Position numbers and translations under genes: made by a program
The notes under the pieces: generated by a model
Told to the model about the DNA's origin: nothing
The model's database searches: none
What the model saw: only the letters and a program-made list of their open reading frames with translations
Assembly: GCA_012295275.1 (NCBI GenBank)
Contig: CM022673.1
Span: forward strand, 13,826,001 to 13,890,000
DNA length: 64,000 bases
Direction of reading: 5' to 3'
Origin: Chrysomallon squamiferum
Taxonomy: Eukaryota > Animalia > Mollusca
Shown: positions 37,419 through 52,158 of the stretch, piece after piece
Numbering within the stretch: the first letter of the stretch is position 1
How the letters are laid out: every line of letters begins with the position of its first letter

Positions 37419-38288
37419 TGAACGTGTTCGATTGACATAGCTGTACGTACATTAGAAGCGCACCAGCCACACACGTTGGACGTTCGAATACATTCCCCAC
37501 ACGTCTTCGCGTTCGTACACGGATTACTCTCGAGTTTGGACGCTGAAATACAAACACAGGTTGAACAGACGACACAATAGCGGCGAATATTGGCGTGGGG
37601 AGGAATAAACACTGGAACACAGACACAGCTGTACGTTTGTTTGTAGGTAAAATAAGCTTATAGAGGAGAGAGGTCGCCATGGCAACGCTGATTAACATTA
37701 GAAATGTTGTGAATTTCTACTGAATTTAGCTGTTGTCGATGTCGCGCTGTTATTGTAGTTACACTGTCACACACAGCGATCTTTTGTGACCGTAAATATT
37801 TCTTTGTTGAAGTAAATTTTACTGCAGAAGTTGTGGTTATGGTGACTAAAATCTGGTTGACTAGTTTACTAGTACATGATAGTCCTGCTTGCTAGTTTAC
37901 TAGTATACGATAATCCATCTTGCTAGTATTCTAGTAGTTTATGATAATTCATCTTCGTTATTTTTAACATGACATTCCCATTAATGTATTCTCCAAACAG
38001 AACGACATAAACCAAATCTACTTTCAAACTAATTAATTTTGTGTTGGTATTTAAAACTGAATAAAAAGAGCTTTTACCAGAAGAATATTCTAATAATTCA
38101 AACATAATCTTATATACTGACGAGGTTTCTAGTCTTCAAACCGTATAAACAGATCTTATAAGAAATTACAAACAGATCTTACCAAAAAAAAAAGATTCTA
38201 AATGTAGTAAAAATAACATCTCACCTTGCTCACTGGTGTGACGTAACAGCAGGCTAAAGGTCATAAAGGTCAAATGGATATGAAGCAT
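27472..38288 (-). CDS. ITGB: Integrin beta subunit (beta1/betaPS-like architecture), about 808 aa, 22 coding exons
   Basis: Exons (-): 38288-38225 (signal peptide), 37542-37451 (PSI), 36800-36690, 35849-35768, 35555-35415 ([15 protein letters not shown]), 34810-34714 ([10 protein letters not shown]), 34244-34151, 33882-33790 (LDNPEGG), 33587-33504 (IGWR...FHIAGDGK), 33040-32960, 32683-32498 (DYPSV), 32171-32095, 31660-31609, 31304-31155, 30764-30619, 30226-30069, 29715-29606, 29233-29141 (I-EGF repeats), 28788-28659, 28308-28195 (beta tail), 28057-27891 (TM), 27576-27472 (NPIY, NPTY, TAG). Total 2427 nt with consistent phases. An acceptor at 38298-38300 implies an unlocated upstream 5' exon. 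Confidence 0.96.
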
Positions 38289-39350
38289 TTTGTATGCCTG
38301 AAAAACGAAAAAAAAATATATAAAAAAATGAATTAACAAAAGAGAAACATTATGTCCAACTATCAGTGCGGCGTGCTTAGTTCGGTTCTGGCACGTTCAC
38401 CTTTTCATTGTTTGATGGAAGGTAAATTCGTTGTACTGAGTTATTTCCCCTTTTTTTGTCAAACGCAGAAACGATTAATATAAAAGATTTACTCCTCTGT
38501 CGAGTAAGTGTAGTCTGAGAAACTGCGGGTTTTTTTTTTTTTTTTATATATATATTATAATCAATATACTGAAACCAGTCATTAGAAATCTAGAATTTGT
38601 CAAAAGTAAAATGTGATCAGGTGCTCTTATACAAATATTTTACCTGTTCCAACCAACCAAATGTAATAAGCATTGTTGGACTATTTTTTTTTTTTTTTTT
38701 TTTTTTTTTTAGATACTTGCACGGACGGACACGGGCTGGCTGTGGGGAAGGTTGGCACCTCTCCTGCGTACGGGCCTGTGTTTCAATATCAGCAGCTATT
38801 TAAGCGGCAGAAAATTTTTAATAATATTTTTTTACGTCGAATATTGTAAATTATTTTTCAGTATAAAACTTCGTAGCAACATCATCATAATAAAAATGCT
38901 CTTAAAATGATATTCTTTACTATAAGGCCAAACACTCGGTAAATGCATGCTTGAATATTGATTTCATTTCTTATAAATTCACTTTTTACGCTTTCCTTTT
39001 GTGTCTTTAGTTGTGTTTCTCGAATGAAACCATGAACATTTTATGAACAAATGCACGCACGTGCTGTGTGTGAAGAAGAAGAAAAAAAATATTGATTTCA
39101 TTCCTTACACCGCCGACTGGTTACAAAACATCGACACACAGCTGTAAGGAAACCGTACTACATTTAATTGAGCGGTCATTAATCAGTCTAAACAACGGTT
39201 ATTTAACACTTAAAACAACGGTATAAAACGACTGTAATTAAACGGCTATTAAATGGCTATTATAAGTATGACTTTATAATTCTTATTTTATTTTTATTAT
39301 TTTTTTAAAAACCTAATTACGTTATTTGGCGTCAGTCTTTTATCTTTTTT

Positions 39351-39385
<35 letters not shown>

Positions 39386-39887
39386 TATTATTATTTTTTA
39401 AAAAAAAAAAAAAAAAAAAAATTCTCAGTGAAAAAAACAGGAAACCAGCACTCGCTATTCTAAGGCTAATTTCATCAAATAATAGAGCGCATTGCTACCA
39501 GAAGCAAGAAATCGAAAGCTACACGTTGATTTTCTGTGTTTATAAAAACATTTCAGTCAATAATGTTCTGTATTTTATTGATCGTGGAACATCGCGGTTA
39601 GTCTGACTGACGCTGAATTCCGAGTGTGGCGAGGCACGTGGTTGCAGAATTGTTGAAACAGACCAGACGAAAGTTTTTTGTGAATATTTGACAGGTGAAA
39701 GAAAACAAACGTGAATACAATTTACGTAAATCATAACACTCGTTATCCTGTCACCCTGAAACCTGCAACAAAGGCTGAATTAGAGACTTTGTTATGAAGT
39801 GTTAATAATGAGAAAGTTATAGACCTAAAACACACATAACAGAAGAAAAAAAAAAGAGACACACTCACATACACAAACATGAGAGAG

Positions 39888-39935
<48 letters not shown>

Positions 39936-40322
39936 ATTAAATCAAGGACGAACGTAATAAACTTCGCAAAACAGAAGGAAAGTGTAAAAGAAAGAATGAA
40001 AGAATAAAATACAACAGTTTTAAGAAATAGAAATGACATACTGAGTCTAATCAGGCTTACGTAACTCCGACATTGTCCTTCAAACAATAAAATCATTTTT
40101 AAAATATTTAAGATTTCACAACATCAACCAACGCGTCATAAATGAATAACTGAATCAGTGACTGACTGAATGAAGGAACACATGAACAAATGAATAAGTA
40201 AAACCACACACACACACAAATAAAAACAGAAACAAACAAACAAAAACACACCCACAAACATAGGCATGCGCGTGCATACATACACATATACACACTAATA
40301 AATATAATTCCACATATGCGCA

Positions 40323-40353
<31 letters not shown>

Positions 40354-42404
40354 CTGTGTGTGTGTGTGTGTGTTATAATAAATACATTTTCAAACGCTGT
40401 GCTCAACAATGACTTCTCACTCAACTCGTAATATGTTTGATGTTGTCCTAACATACACACACAACTACAACATTTACATTTCACGTGTTTTTCTGGCAGT
40501 AACGTAGACGGTGATGCTGTATAAACATCAATGACGTAGTTGTGTGCGAGAAAAGCGGCCCCAGTCAACGCAGACGAACAACGTAACAGATGTTCTTGTG
40601 TCACGTGATATTTGACGTGACAACATTAAACACAGGTTACGACATAGTTTTTAATGTCCTTCTGTCTGGCGTCTTTGTTCCTTTCTTAGAATTCTCTTCA
40701 TTACTTCTTAATTACTTTTCTTTATTTTTATAGTTCTTCTGTTGACGCCTTTGATTAATTATTATTTCATCTTAATGTCTTCAGATTTTCTTCCATTCGT
40801 TTATTTTTTCTTTTGTTCTTTCTTTTGTCTTTCTTTCCTTCATTTGTTTTATTTCATCCTGATTTAGTATCGTTTCTTTTTTTTTTTCGTTCACCTATTT
40901 TTAAATTTTTTTCGTTCTTGAATTTTTCTCCGTTCTTTCCGTAATTCTTCCTTTTCTATCTTCAATTACTTTTCCCATCAACACTCGGTTCTTTCTGTCA
41001 TATAACCTAGCTCTTAGCCTGTCACTGTTTCCTGTCTGCCTGGTACTTATTTCTCTGATATCAGTCTGAGTATCAGCAGTCAGGCAGTCTCCGGCTGAAA
41101 CATCACTTTAAAAAGACTTAATTATTCCTTTCAGCCCTCTGGCGGTTATTTCAGTCAGAGAGAGAGGCGTGGTTTTTACACAGCGTCCATTACCCACACC
41201 ACCCTGTAATTGATGTCATTAACATACTGTAACAAAAGCCGAGAAACGGAATGAAAAGAAAGATGCATTTAATGACCAATGTCCACGTTTTGTCCAGCTG
41301 GCCAATTCAGTTCTGTTGTCCGATAATAAACCCATGAAAATAAATAAAGACGTTTCTACAGAAACTAAATAGAGACAGTTCTATAAAAATGAAATAAACG
41401 TCTCCAAGGTAACAAACACAGTCGTCTTTCATCTTCCGTCTAGTCGCGACAGTTTTCTCCACCCCTGGGCGGGGATGACGAGGTGTATCGCTGTCACCCC
41501 TGTCGCCCCGTCGCCTGATTCACTTCCCTTAATAAGAGGGTGGTAACAACCCTTGACACTGTTCTGTTCACGCGAGAAACTTCTGGCGTCAAACGTATTT
41601 AAAGAATAAAAATATTTTAAAATCTGTGTTGTCATCGCGCCAGTAGTTTATTGGTCAAGTTTGTGTTGTTAACGATGTGTAACCAAGTATAACTGGACAC
41701 CAGCGTGTAACGAGGTGTAAATAATCACCTGTGTGAAACCACCTGTAAATGATCACGTGTGTGTATAACCAGGTACAACTGGACGCTCGTGCATAACTTG
41801 GTTCAAGGTATCACCCTTGTGCAGTCGAGTGTAAATGATAGATCTGTGAAAAAGATGCGGGTTCAGTTACCGGTCAACATGGGTGAGATTTGTAAAATAA
41901 GATGCACGGGTTAAAAACAATTTATTTATTCCTGTAGTAAACACAAGAATGAAGAGTCACCGCTGTGAAACATGAAACTACACCCGAATCTGACCCTCTG
42001 CAACAAAACACAGCGAAAGAAATCAGCTGAATGATGCAGATTTAAAATTCCATACATAGCTTCTTTTTTTTTAATTCTTTTTTTTTTTTTACAAAGACGT
42101 CGACAAATTGGTTTAAGTTTTCTCAGTAATTTATGTCTTGTCATCCAGTTTAAATAGAAAATCGTGTGTTCAAACACAGCCATAGAAACAGGTGATAAAT
42201 TAAGATGACTAAAGAAAGGGGAGGGGACGACTGCGGGCTAGTTACAGCCGATGGGTAACGAAACGGGAGTGCAGCAGTGGATACAGAGGATGGGTGGGAG
42301 GGTTGATTTGTGAAACGTTTGACTTACAACGTTTTGTGAATATTGTGAATGCGTGCGTGCGTGTTGTCTGTTAAACTTAAAATATTAAAAAATTATTTGT
42401 CAAT

Positions 42405-44430
42405 GATCGTTATTCATCTCAAGTTGATGTCAATTATGTCGCTGGTCATGTTTCACAGAAATATGAGACTAATGGAAACTGAGTTATCAATAACACTAAA
42501 CAGTTACTAGCTTGATTAAAACTTGTTTTGTTTAACGACGTCACCGAACACATTGATTTATTCTCAATCACTGCCTGGCGAATGCAAAAAAAAAAATATT
42601 TGTTTAACAACACTGCTTAAAGTACTAGGATTAAACTTCCTTCGTCGATTGCTGGATGTCAGAAATTTGATAACAGGCTTAGGAGCCAACCTATTACATT
42701 TAGAGAATAGGTGTCCTGCCTGAACGTCCGTCCGTCTCTCTCTCTTTCTTATAAAAGACAACAGTTTTCTCGTATACAGAACAGCATTTACAAAGGTTTA
42801 ATATTCAAATCGATGGGTTGAAGCTGTGACAGAAATCAGAGGAAGGGTCACTGACAGTATAGCACAGATAAAGGGTGTAAGTAGTCTGGGTAACCGGGTG
42901 GAACTAAATTATGTACATACCTGGCGGCTACCTGTAAGATACAGGTGATAAGACTGACCGTTAAATTAATCGTAATTAGTTGTTTCTGAGTTTAATCCTC
43001 ACTCCAGTCACTTCTACAAGACATGTGTCGGTGCGGGCCTGCAGGCAGATTAGAAAATACACGTCGTGTCCCAGTTACCTGAGGTCACCGAACACTTACT
43101 TGTTTAGTAACAAATACAAGTTTACATGTGAGACGAAAAAACCCACACATTCAGAAATAAAATATGTTAGTAAGTAGTGGGAAGGAATCTTTTGTACACA
43201 CCTAGATAGAAAAAGGGAATAACACACCTTTAATAATAATAATAAAAAAATAAAAAAGAACTTAACACTAAACCAGGTAGGCATGTGATATGGCCGTTAA
43301 TACATTCACACACATACACGTTTAATATTTAAATGTCACAGTTTAATTAACGTCGCGCTGTTGTTTGCTGCGACAGGTAAGGTTGTTCTCTTTCTAGGAA
43401 TTACACAAACAAGCATTACTCAACTTGTTCAGCAGGTAACGAAACGCAGATCCCTGGATACACTTCAGAATCGTGTGAACTCGGGCTACTTTTTATCAGT
43501 TGTGTAACGTGACTAAACGTGGGGTTAACAAGCTGCACACTAACCGGGCGCGCCCACCTCTCTGTCACAAATGTGATAATGTGGAGAATAAACAGCGAGA
43601 GATATAACAAAGGGCAAAGAATGCTTCCCTGTCGAAATCCCTCTCAGAGCGTTTAACCATCGCGAGCACATCTGTAAGCAAGCTGGCAGTAGTCTGACAA
43701 GCGTGCATGTTTTCTAACACGCAAAACACGTGTGTGTACAGCGCAGAACTGATATGCAAGATTTCCTGCTGGCAAATGATTTCCTTAGAAACACATCCGT
43801 GAAATGCACAGCGGAGCAATAATCATCTGTGTATTTACTTATTTCAATAAAAACAGATTTGTGTTGGGTTTACAAGAATTATTACTGCAGATGGTGTAAT
43901 GTTTAATAGAGACGTAAATAAACAAATACAGACATATGTACAAATTCAAACATATATAAACATACACACATACACATGTGTTCAAATGCACACATAGTTT
44001 TATACACAAACTAATACATACTCAACACACAAATACATAATACAAATACGCACATGCAGGCACACACATATACACACCTACACACACTTACACACACACA
44101 CATGCATATTATTACACCTATCAGAAAACTTTTAAAAAAAAGAAAAGAAAAAATACCTATAAAAAATAGTGAGTTGAGTTTTGCTATCGGTGAAGGAAGT
44201 TTAATACTAATACTTCAGGCAGTATCGTTAAACAAATATATTTTTTCACATTCACCAATAAATCAGTGTGTTCAGTGACGTTGCCAAACGGAACAATTTT
44301 TAGTCTGTTACAGCTAGTAATTGTTAAGTGTTATAGATAACTCAGTTTCCATTAGTCTCCTGTTTCTCTGAAACCTGACCAGCGACAAAGTCTGTATTAG
44401 CATTAACTTGATATGACTAACAATCTCTGA
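42405..44430. repeat. Pair of inverted copies (about 160-170 bp) of a dispersed repeat
   Basis: 42405-42565 (GTCGCTGGTCATGTTTCACAGAAATATGAGACTAATGGAAACTGAGTTATC...CCGAACACATTGATTTAT) is the reverse complement of 44258-44430 (ATAAATCAGTGTGTTCAG...GATAACTCAGTTTCCATTAGTCTCCTGTTTCTCTGAAACCTGACCAGCGAC). Confidence 0.8.
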
Positions 44431-46140
44431 TATATCTTTTAAAAATTTGAGGAGGTTAACGGACAAAACACACACACACGCATACACATACACACAGACT
44501 CATACAGTATTCACAGAAACGTTGTTAGGACACACACACATATATACAAGGTTTGCACATAATTACAAAAACATATACCTAAATATACATGTATATATCA
44601 AAGATAGAGCTAAGGTAAACAAAAAATAAAGGGAGAGAGAGAGAGAGAGTGAGAGAAAGACAGACAGACAGACAAGAAACAGATAATTAAATAAAACATA
44701 TTTTCTGTTTGTGTTTGTCTGTAATTCCATCATCATTGAATAGATAGAAATTCAAAGAGAAGAATATAAAAAAACGTTCCACGTTACCATCAGATGGGCA
44801 GAGATCCAGGATCGCGGCAACCTCGCCGTGTTTAATAACTCCTATTAATACGATTTCAAACAGGACGGCACAATATCATCTAGCAGATCTAAAAACCATA
44901 ATTCCCAGACAGAACGCGTTCTTCGAGAACTGAAACCATTTCATCTGCCACAGACTGAGTTAAACAGAAACACGTTTGTAAAAAATAAAAAAAAATAAAA
45001 AAACACACACACACAGACGACGTAATGGTATATTCGATTCTAAATTGGCACTCACATCACACAGAAAACTTGGTGTTAATGAAAAACAGACATTGTCGCT
45101 GATTCAGATATTGAGGGTATTACTGAATCAATCTACAGCAATTGCATTGCAAGTAAACTGTTTTTGATAAGTTAATCGATAAAACGTCTGTGTCGTTAAT
45201 ACAGAAATAAGAGTTGTATTAGACAAAATGAAATGCAGATTGGCTCAATAAACGCTCGCTTTGTTTATATAATAAACAAGTTTTATTTCTCAAGTGATAG
45301 ACAGATAAGCCACAAACGTCTATCACCACTCTTTTATACATTCTATTTTAAACTGCTGCTTTGTGCCTGTTGATAAATGTACAGTGATAATTACTGTTAT
45401 AAAATATACATAAAACGTCTGTACAATACGTATGTTTGTATTTATATGTGTATGTATGGAAGTACGTATGTACTCAGGTATGTATATATGTGAGTATATA
45501 TATACATTTATGTATGCAATGTGTTTAAATATGTATGTATGTAATGTATGTAAATATGTATGTATGTATATATGTTTGTGTGTGTGTGAATGCGTGCGTG
45601 TGATTGAATAACTGTGAAGAAAATCATTGTTGACGCACAGTCTACAATTATTTCATTGAAAAGCTATAATCATTTACTTTGTTTTGTTCTTATTCTTTTG
45701 TGTCGTCTTTTCATCGAGTCGTTCTCTGATTTACATGTTAATAAATTACCGTCAAGGCTTGCGTGCACAAAAAAGACCCGTTACAATAATCAAATGTCAC
45801 GGTGACACGAGACTCGATTCAGGCTGAAGGTAAGAGAACAATGATGTAAGTGTATATACACGCGATCTTCTCTTGTTTGTTTAACATTTGTCACAGACCC
45901 AGACGTTTCTGGTGTTTGTAAAGAAAAGCTGTCATCAAGATCTAAATTAAAGACAATTTCCGTTACCAAACAGAACCTTCTACCAGAGCGGGTCAAGGAA
46001 CTGTCAAACAATGGGAGCGGGTGGAATCAGAAAAAGGGTGGATTTTCCGATATGCAGATGAATAACGTTTTTTTTGTTGTTTTTTTCTTCCTGCGTTTTT
46101 TTTTTTCATTTTTTTTCTTTTTTTTTATTTCATTTTTTTT

Positions 46141-46182
<42 letters not shown>

Positions 46183-47339
46183 ACTACTATAACAACAACA
46201 ACAGAAATATAAAAAGAAAAGAAGAAAAAAAATATATTTTGGTAACAAGAGAACTAAAGAAATGTTTTACTCCTGACTAAGTTTGTAGGATACTTCTTTC
46301 GTTTCACAACTTTCTTTGATATCACTCAGCTTTTTTTTAATGACTAACAGGTCTTGCGTTCTGGGAGTGGAAAACACAGGACGAGGAGAAAGGGTACAGT
46401 GTGTTACTCGATCGTTTTAGTTCTGTGCGTGGGTGTGTACATTGTTAAAAATAATAATACTTTTTTTTTTGTTGATAGTTTATAATTTAAAATTCTCTGT
46501 ATTTCTAATTTTGTGTGTTCGTGCATGTGCATTTGTATATGTCTGTATGTATGTGTGAGTGTGAGCACGTGTTTAGTTTAATACTTCAAATCTTATCAGC
46601 GCGATTATTCGGACCAATAATTCATTGTCAACAATTCTCTGAAACCGTTTAAAAATGTGTTAGCAGTTTTATGATTCCTCCTCCATATATCCTTCACTCG
46701 ACAATGAGTTATTTCGTCTCCTTCAAGTTGAGACCCGAGACGTCGATTACCCAGTCCACGCAGAGTACAGAGGAATTCCTCAGAACGGTTCGCGTTCATT
46801 CTCCGAACGCCATTTGACTCGGTGCTCTGTGCAAAGCGACGACAAACAAATGGGAATTCTAATCCTCTGACCTATGGACGAATTTTACTCGGGCTGAGAG
46901 CTGAACAAACAAAAAAAGAGGGAGGTACGGGACGAGATCGCTTACAGACAGACAGTAAACGATGATCAGTTTCGTATTCCCTGTCGTTTAGAAAATACTA
47001 CATTACCACTCTCGTGAAAATGACGAGTTTTCTCGAATATTGGATTTTTTTTGTTTCTTCCTTCATTAGTATTAATGATTATCGAGCCGTTCTCGAAATC
47101 TCCCGTCTGCTGCTCTTACATTCATTTCCTTTCTAAATGGTCAAAATATTGGCGTGTTGGTTTAGCGTGTGGTCAGCTAGCGAATAATCCAATTTAGTAA
47201 AGAGCTGTCGTAAAGTAGTTTTCCGAATATTTTACAACCCTTCATCACATTAATATTATCATTATCATTATCACCATCGACATAATGATCCAAGGGGGAA
47301 CAGAAGGCTGTTATCTCCTCTGTTTTATTATTTATTTAT

Positions 47340-47429
<90 letters not shown>

Positions 47430-48039
47430 GTTGTTGTTGTTTTTTTCTCTCATTTCACACTAAACGCACACAACAACAACAAAAAAAAAAAAAAAAAAAA
47501 AAATGTAATTGAAACTTGGTACCATAAACTTGTGCCATCAGTATATAAGCATTTTAGTTTTGGAATAAAAACAGCTAAAAAAAAAAAAAAAAAAAAAAAA
47601 AAAATAATATAAAATAAAATAAAATGAAATAATATAAAATAAAATAAATAAATAAACACAGTAAATAAATTAACTAACAACTAAAAAATACAACATAAAC
47701 AAAAATAACACACAAACACACGCGATGCAAGTTAAGATAAGTAAGAAGATTCCAATTACATTTCTTCTACGAAACATAAAATTATTTTCTCTTTGTTTCA
47801 GACTGTATACACAAATGTGAAGATTTGCGAGCACGACACAAAAGAACTTAAATGAATTGTGCATCTACTAAAGACTAAATACTTCATTAACTATATCGCC
47901 ATTTGTTTTACTATTAACACTTATTAAGTGATAGGCATTATATATATAATTTCTTCATGGTGTTTTTTTTTTTGATTGTTTTTAATGATGACATCACAGA
48001 AGAAGACCTGATGCAGTCACCCAAGGATTAGTAGTAATG

Positions 48040-48100
48040 TAAGTTTTAATATACACCTTCCCATAAACAGCACAACCTTTAATAAACCAGTCGTGGTTCT
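48040..48100 (+). repeat. Fragment of a dispersed repeat also present at about 62700-62760
   Basis: TATACACCTTCC...ACAG...ACCTTT(A/G)ATAAACCAG...GTGG is shared between the two sites; a weaker copy lies at about 56420-56475. Confidence 0.5.
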
Positions 48101-48162
48101 CTCACTTCGCATTGCCTGAAGAAAATATTCTTATTGTTTCCTGTTTCCCGTTATTTCATTCT

Positions 48163-48285
48163 AAAACATGTTATTTCCCCTGACAACATGTTATTTTTCT
48201 TCTAAAAACATGTTATTTCCCCTTTCAACATGTTTTTTTTTCCTTTAAAAACGTGTTATTTTCCCCTGTCAACATGTTATTTTTT
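48163..48285. repeat. Minisatellite, about 21-bp unit x6
   Basis: AACATGTTATTTCCCCTG / AACATGTTATTTTTCTTC alternating units. Confidence 0.75.
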
Positions 48286-50398
48286 TTTTTCTAATGTTCA
48301 TTTCACATCGTAATTTGATTTTTCGTTTTTCTCTTTGTATCTGTGTAATGTGGCAGACTTCCTGCGAGAGATTACTTTTATCTGTTAATTTAGAAAACAC
48401 TGGAAATGTTTGCCTATGATCGATCTGTCATCGTGTAGCACCAGTTTTCTATCAATGTCACGATTTACACGTTTCCTACAAACCAGATAATTGTCGAAGA
48501 CCGCCGAAAGAAATCGATGAACTGAACTCGGATATTTGGGTCTATTTTCGCAGCAGATTATTACGTCACATCTGACGTCATTAAGCTATCAGGAAACGCA
48601 CGGCACGGTCGAGTTACGTGCCTAATTGAAGAAAAGTTGTATTACATAAAACTGTTATTAAATCCTGGCTAGTATATAATCGTTTTGTTGCACGAACTCA
48701 AGTGATCAGAAAAGACCGACTTAAATAGTTTTGTTTTTTTAAATAATTTTTATTTACAGAAGAATGTCAACACTAGCCATCCTAATAAGAACCCATATTT
48801 ATTCATTCATTCAATCTTTCTGAGTGTCAATAATTCATTGCTAAACATTAAGATGATAGTTACAGATTCTGCATATTGTTAAACATGGAGAGAAAGAAAA
48901 TAAAAAAGAGGGAGAAGGAAAAGAAGAAAAACTGTGTGACTATGAGTCAGAGAGAGAGGAAGAGAGAGATTGGCGGAGTATATAACAGAGTTATTGATAA
49001 ATAAATGGACAGGAAAAGCGAAAGATCGACCGAAAGAAATAAGATACAACGTAGACGGACAAAAATGAAAGTCTGTCAGACATTCAGAGATAAGACTAAC
49101 AAGACATGTTTTACTGTGTAATAATGGAAATACTGTGCTGCTGATTACAAGTAAACCTTGTTAGATGATAAACTCTATCTTACCTTCCAGTTCTGTTAAA
49201 ACAAATCTGCAGTAAGCCTATCTACGTAACACGTTTTATTAGCTTAAATAAAAAGGGGGATTGTCCTGTTATTATTCACGTCTGACTAATAAAGACTATC
49301 GGATCAGCTGTGTATTGGGTGATGACGACAGATTTTTTCTATTTGCAGTAAAATTACAGAGCTGTGATTCCAATGAATGACAAAGAAAAACGGCAAAACC
49401 GAGCGGACTGGAATAAAACTTTGACAACGAGCGATATCACGGTCTGCGGCCAGAATTTGTTTACGTTCCCTTCTCTCCGCATGTCCCGCGTTTTACTGTC
49501 GTGTCATTTCCACATTAAAGTGATTACTTTTAATTAACTTCTCTCTGATAGCGGGCAGTAATTTATTGTCCTCTCTGCTTTCCCTGGCACACGTGACCTC
49601 CAGTGCGCTGCACGGATAGCTTTAGCCGACGCCGCAGATATTCTGTCAGTGATGAACAACAAGGTCGGCAACACGTGCATAGCAATCATCGAGGAAGAAG
49701 AAGAGAAAAAGTTCAGCGTGTCTAGAAGTATGCTTTGTTCTCTCTAGCGGCCATTTATTCAGTGTTAATTAAAACTTGGAATTACAAAGTAGGAGGATCC
49801 GACAGAGGGCAAATTTTTTTTTTTTTTTTTAATCTGAATATTTAATTTTGTCATGAATTATTAATCAGCTGAATGTAACATACAGAGGAAACTTGATTCA
49901 CATTAATTACATAACTGTAGACAGATCCCTTTCAATGGGTCTAATTAATAATTTCCCGTTCCTACCAGAACCCCCACGATTCTCTCTCTCATCGACATTT
50001 GACAGCTCGTATAAAAATCCTTTGATGTTAATGACGAGGGAAGCCAGGGCAATGGCGGTGTGGGTTTCTTGTATTAAAAATAAGGTTTCACGCTATTAAC
50101 ACAAAACATATATTTTCAGCTGTTGTTAGTAAAACAGACACTGATAATACAGACAGTTCATTATTTTCACCTCTCAGTAACAGATTCATTACAAGTGTAA
50201 TGAAAGTTTAGTTTGTCACTGTTAACTGATAATGTTCTGTGTAAGTCAGACGTTAATTGCTTTAACAACAGGTGTTGTCCTAACACGTGTCCTCTCATAC
50301 AGTAGTCACACTGTGTACCTTTTAAATTTACACGTACACATGCACACATATATACATATATATACATTATAACACACATATTTACTCACACACATATA

Positions 50399-50656
50399 CA
50401 TGGCCGTAACTACATTGAGGCAAATGCCTCAAACCATAATTGACGATTTTTCTTTTTTTATACAAAGATTTTATTTAAAAAAATATAAAATATAAATCTC
50501 TATTTCGTTGGAAATGATATGCACTGAAATGAATTCGATTATGTCTACGGTTACCGTCTGAAGTCTACCGACATCGTTGCGATCATGTCGAGCGGAGGGG
50601 GGGGGGGCGATTAAATCTTTTTAGCTCATTTAAAAAAGAGTCTATTTACGGCCATG
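50399..50656. mobile_element. hAT-like MITE (258 bp)
   Basis: Perfect 11-bp TIR: CATGGCCGTAA (50399-50409) and TTACGGCCATG (50646-50656). The 8-mer ATATACAT follows the right end and also occurs at 50394-50401 overlapping the left TIR, a candidate 8-bp TSD. Confidence 0.65.
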
Positions 50657-50756
50657 ATATACATACATATACGTGTGTGTGTGTGTGTGTGTGTTTGTCT
50701 CTATGTGTGTGTGTGTGTGTGTGTGTTTGTCTCTCTGTGTGTGTGTGTGTGTTTGT

Positions 50757-50794
<38 letters not shown>

Positions 50795-52123
50795 ATACCT
50801 TCACAAAAACTACATCCATACACAACAAGATAAAACATACAAACATGCATACATACACAAATAAAGTACATATGCTCATAATCTATTCATCATGCACATA
50901 TAAATACAATACATTTATACACATACAGATACATACACAGATATATACATAATTGTACAGTAATTATGCGCATCATTTCACAAACTCGCAACCACATGTT
51001 ACATACGCCAACACTGGTAAATTATACGTTTCTGATGATAATGTTTTCCACATCCTAAATAATATAAAACAAAACAAAACTTAAGTCCATGAAAAAAATA
51101 TTATTAATAAATGTTTTAAATTATTATTATTATTATTATTATTAGTAGTAGTAGTAGTAGTGGTGGTGGTGGGATTTGTATTATTAGTAGTAACAGAAGT
51201 AGCGGTAGTATTTATTGTTATTATTATCACTATAATTATGTTATTTTATTATTACTGTTGTAGTTGTAGTTGTCGATGTTGTACAGTGGTTGCTGTAATG
51301 TTGTCACAGGTAAGTCACATTACACCTGATTTCCAACAGCTTACAGGTGTCGTGGGAATCAAATCCTAATTAAAAATTATTTGTATTTACTTTACAACAC
51401 GCTTCCGGCTTTCAGCGTTCACCGCGTGTTGTGTCCTGGCGAACATAAAGTAAAATATCTGGGCAAACATTAATAATATCGAGTTCCACCTTAACAAACA
51501 CCCACATTACTCGCTCTTTACCTCTAAGCGGTCACGCCATTTAAAAACACTCATGCCGTAACTGCACAATATGAGATCCATGCTGTACTCATCTATTTAG
51601 CAAACAGACCTTGAGAAATGCCCGCACCTTGGCCAGGTATGCTCAGGTGAAGCGCACCTGTGAATCTGCATGTCTCGTGCTAACGCACAGGTAAATCAGG
51701 TCATTGATTATAAGACATGACAGGTACTTACCTATGTAAACGACGATTTTCGGTCACGAACGTATCCCAAAAAACGAACAAAAAATCACAAATACGAAAA
51801 CTGTACGAAATGTCTGTGTTTGTGGTATATCCCTGTACATATGAGTCCGCGTGTCCAACACATACATACCACAATACACGTCTCCGTGTGTTTCACAAAG
51901 CCAAGTAGAGCGTGACACTATATATTACGGGCGAGCGGTTTACCCTGCTAAGCGGCGTTCTTCCATTGGCAAACAAGGCACCAATGACATCGCACGCATT
52001 CCGAATGGCAAGAAGTGTTTTATGGTCGGTGATAAGTTTGTCAGAGTAAAATGTACGCTTTGTTTTAAACTAGAAACAGAGATCTGAGTTTACAGATAAT
52101 ATCTAATTATTTCACCGCTACAC

Positions 52124-52158
<35 letters not shown>

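Noticed and set aside
41429-43819. Short non-repetitive ORFs (41429-41635, 43416-43610, 43565-43819; also 46605-46799, 51851-52087, 53635-53853)
   Set aside because: No recognisable domains or consistent exon chains; more likely regulatory or decayed-repeat DNA.
46946-47100. Candidate non-coding first exon of the integrin gene (minus-strand donor GTAAGC at about 46945)
   Set aside because: One of several equally plausible donors in 38.3-58 kb; cannot be chosen without transcript data.
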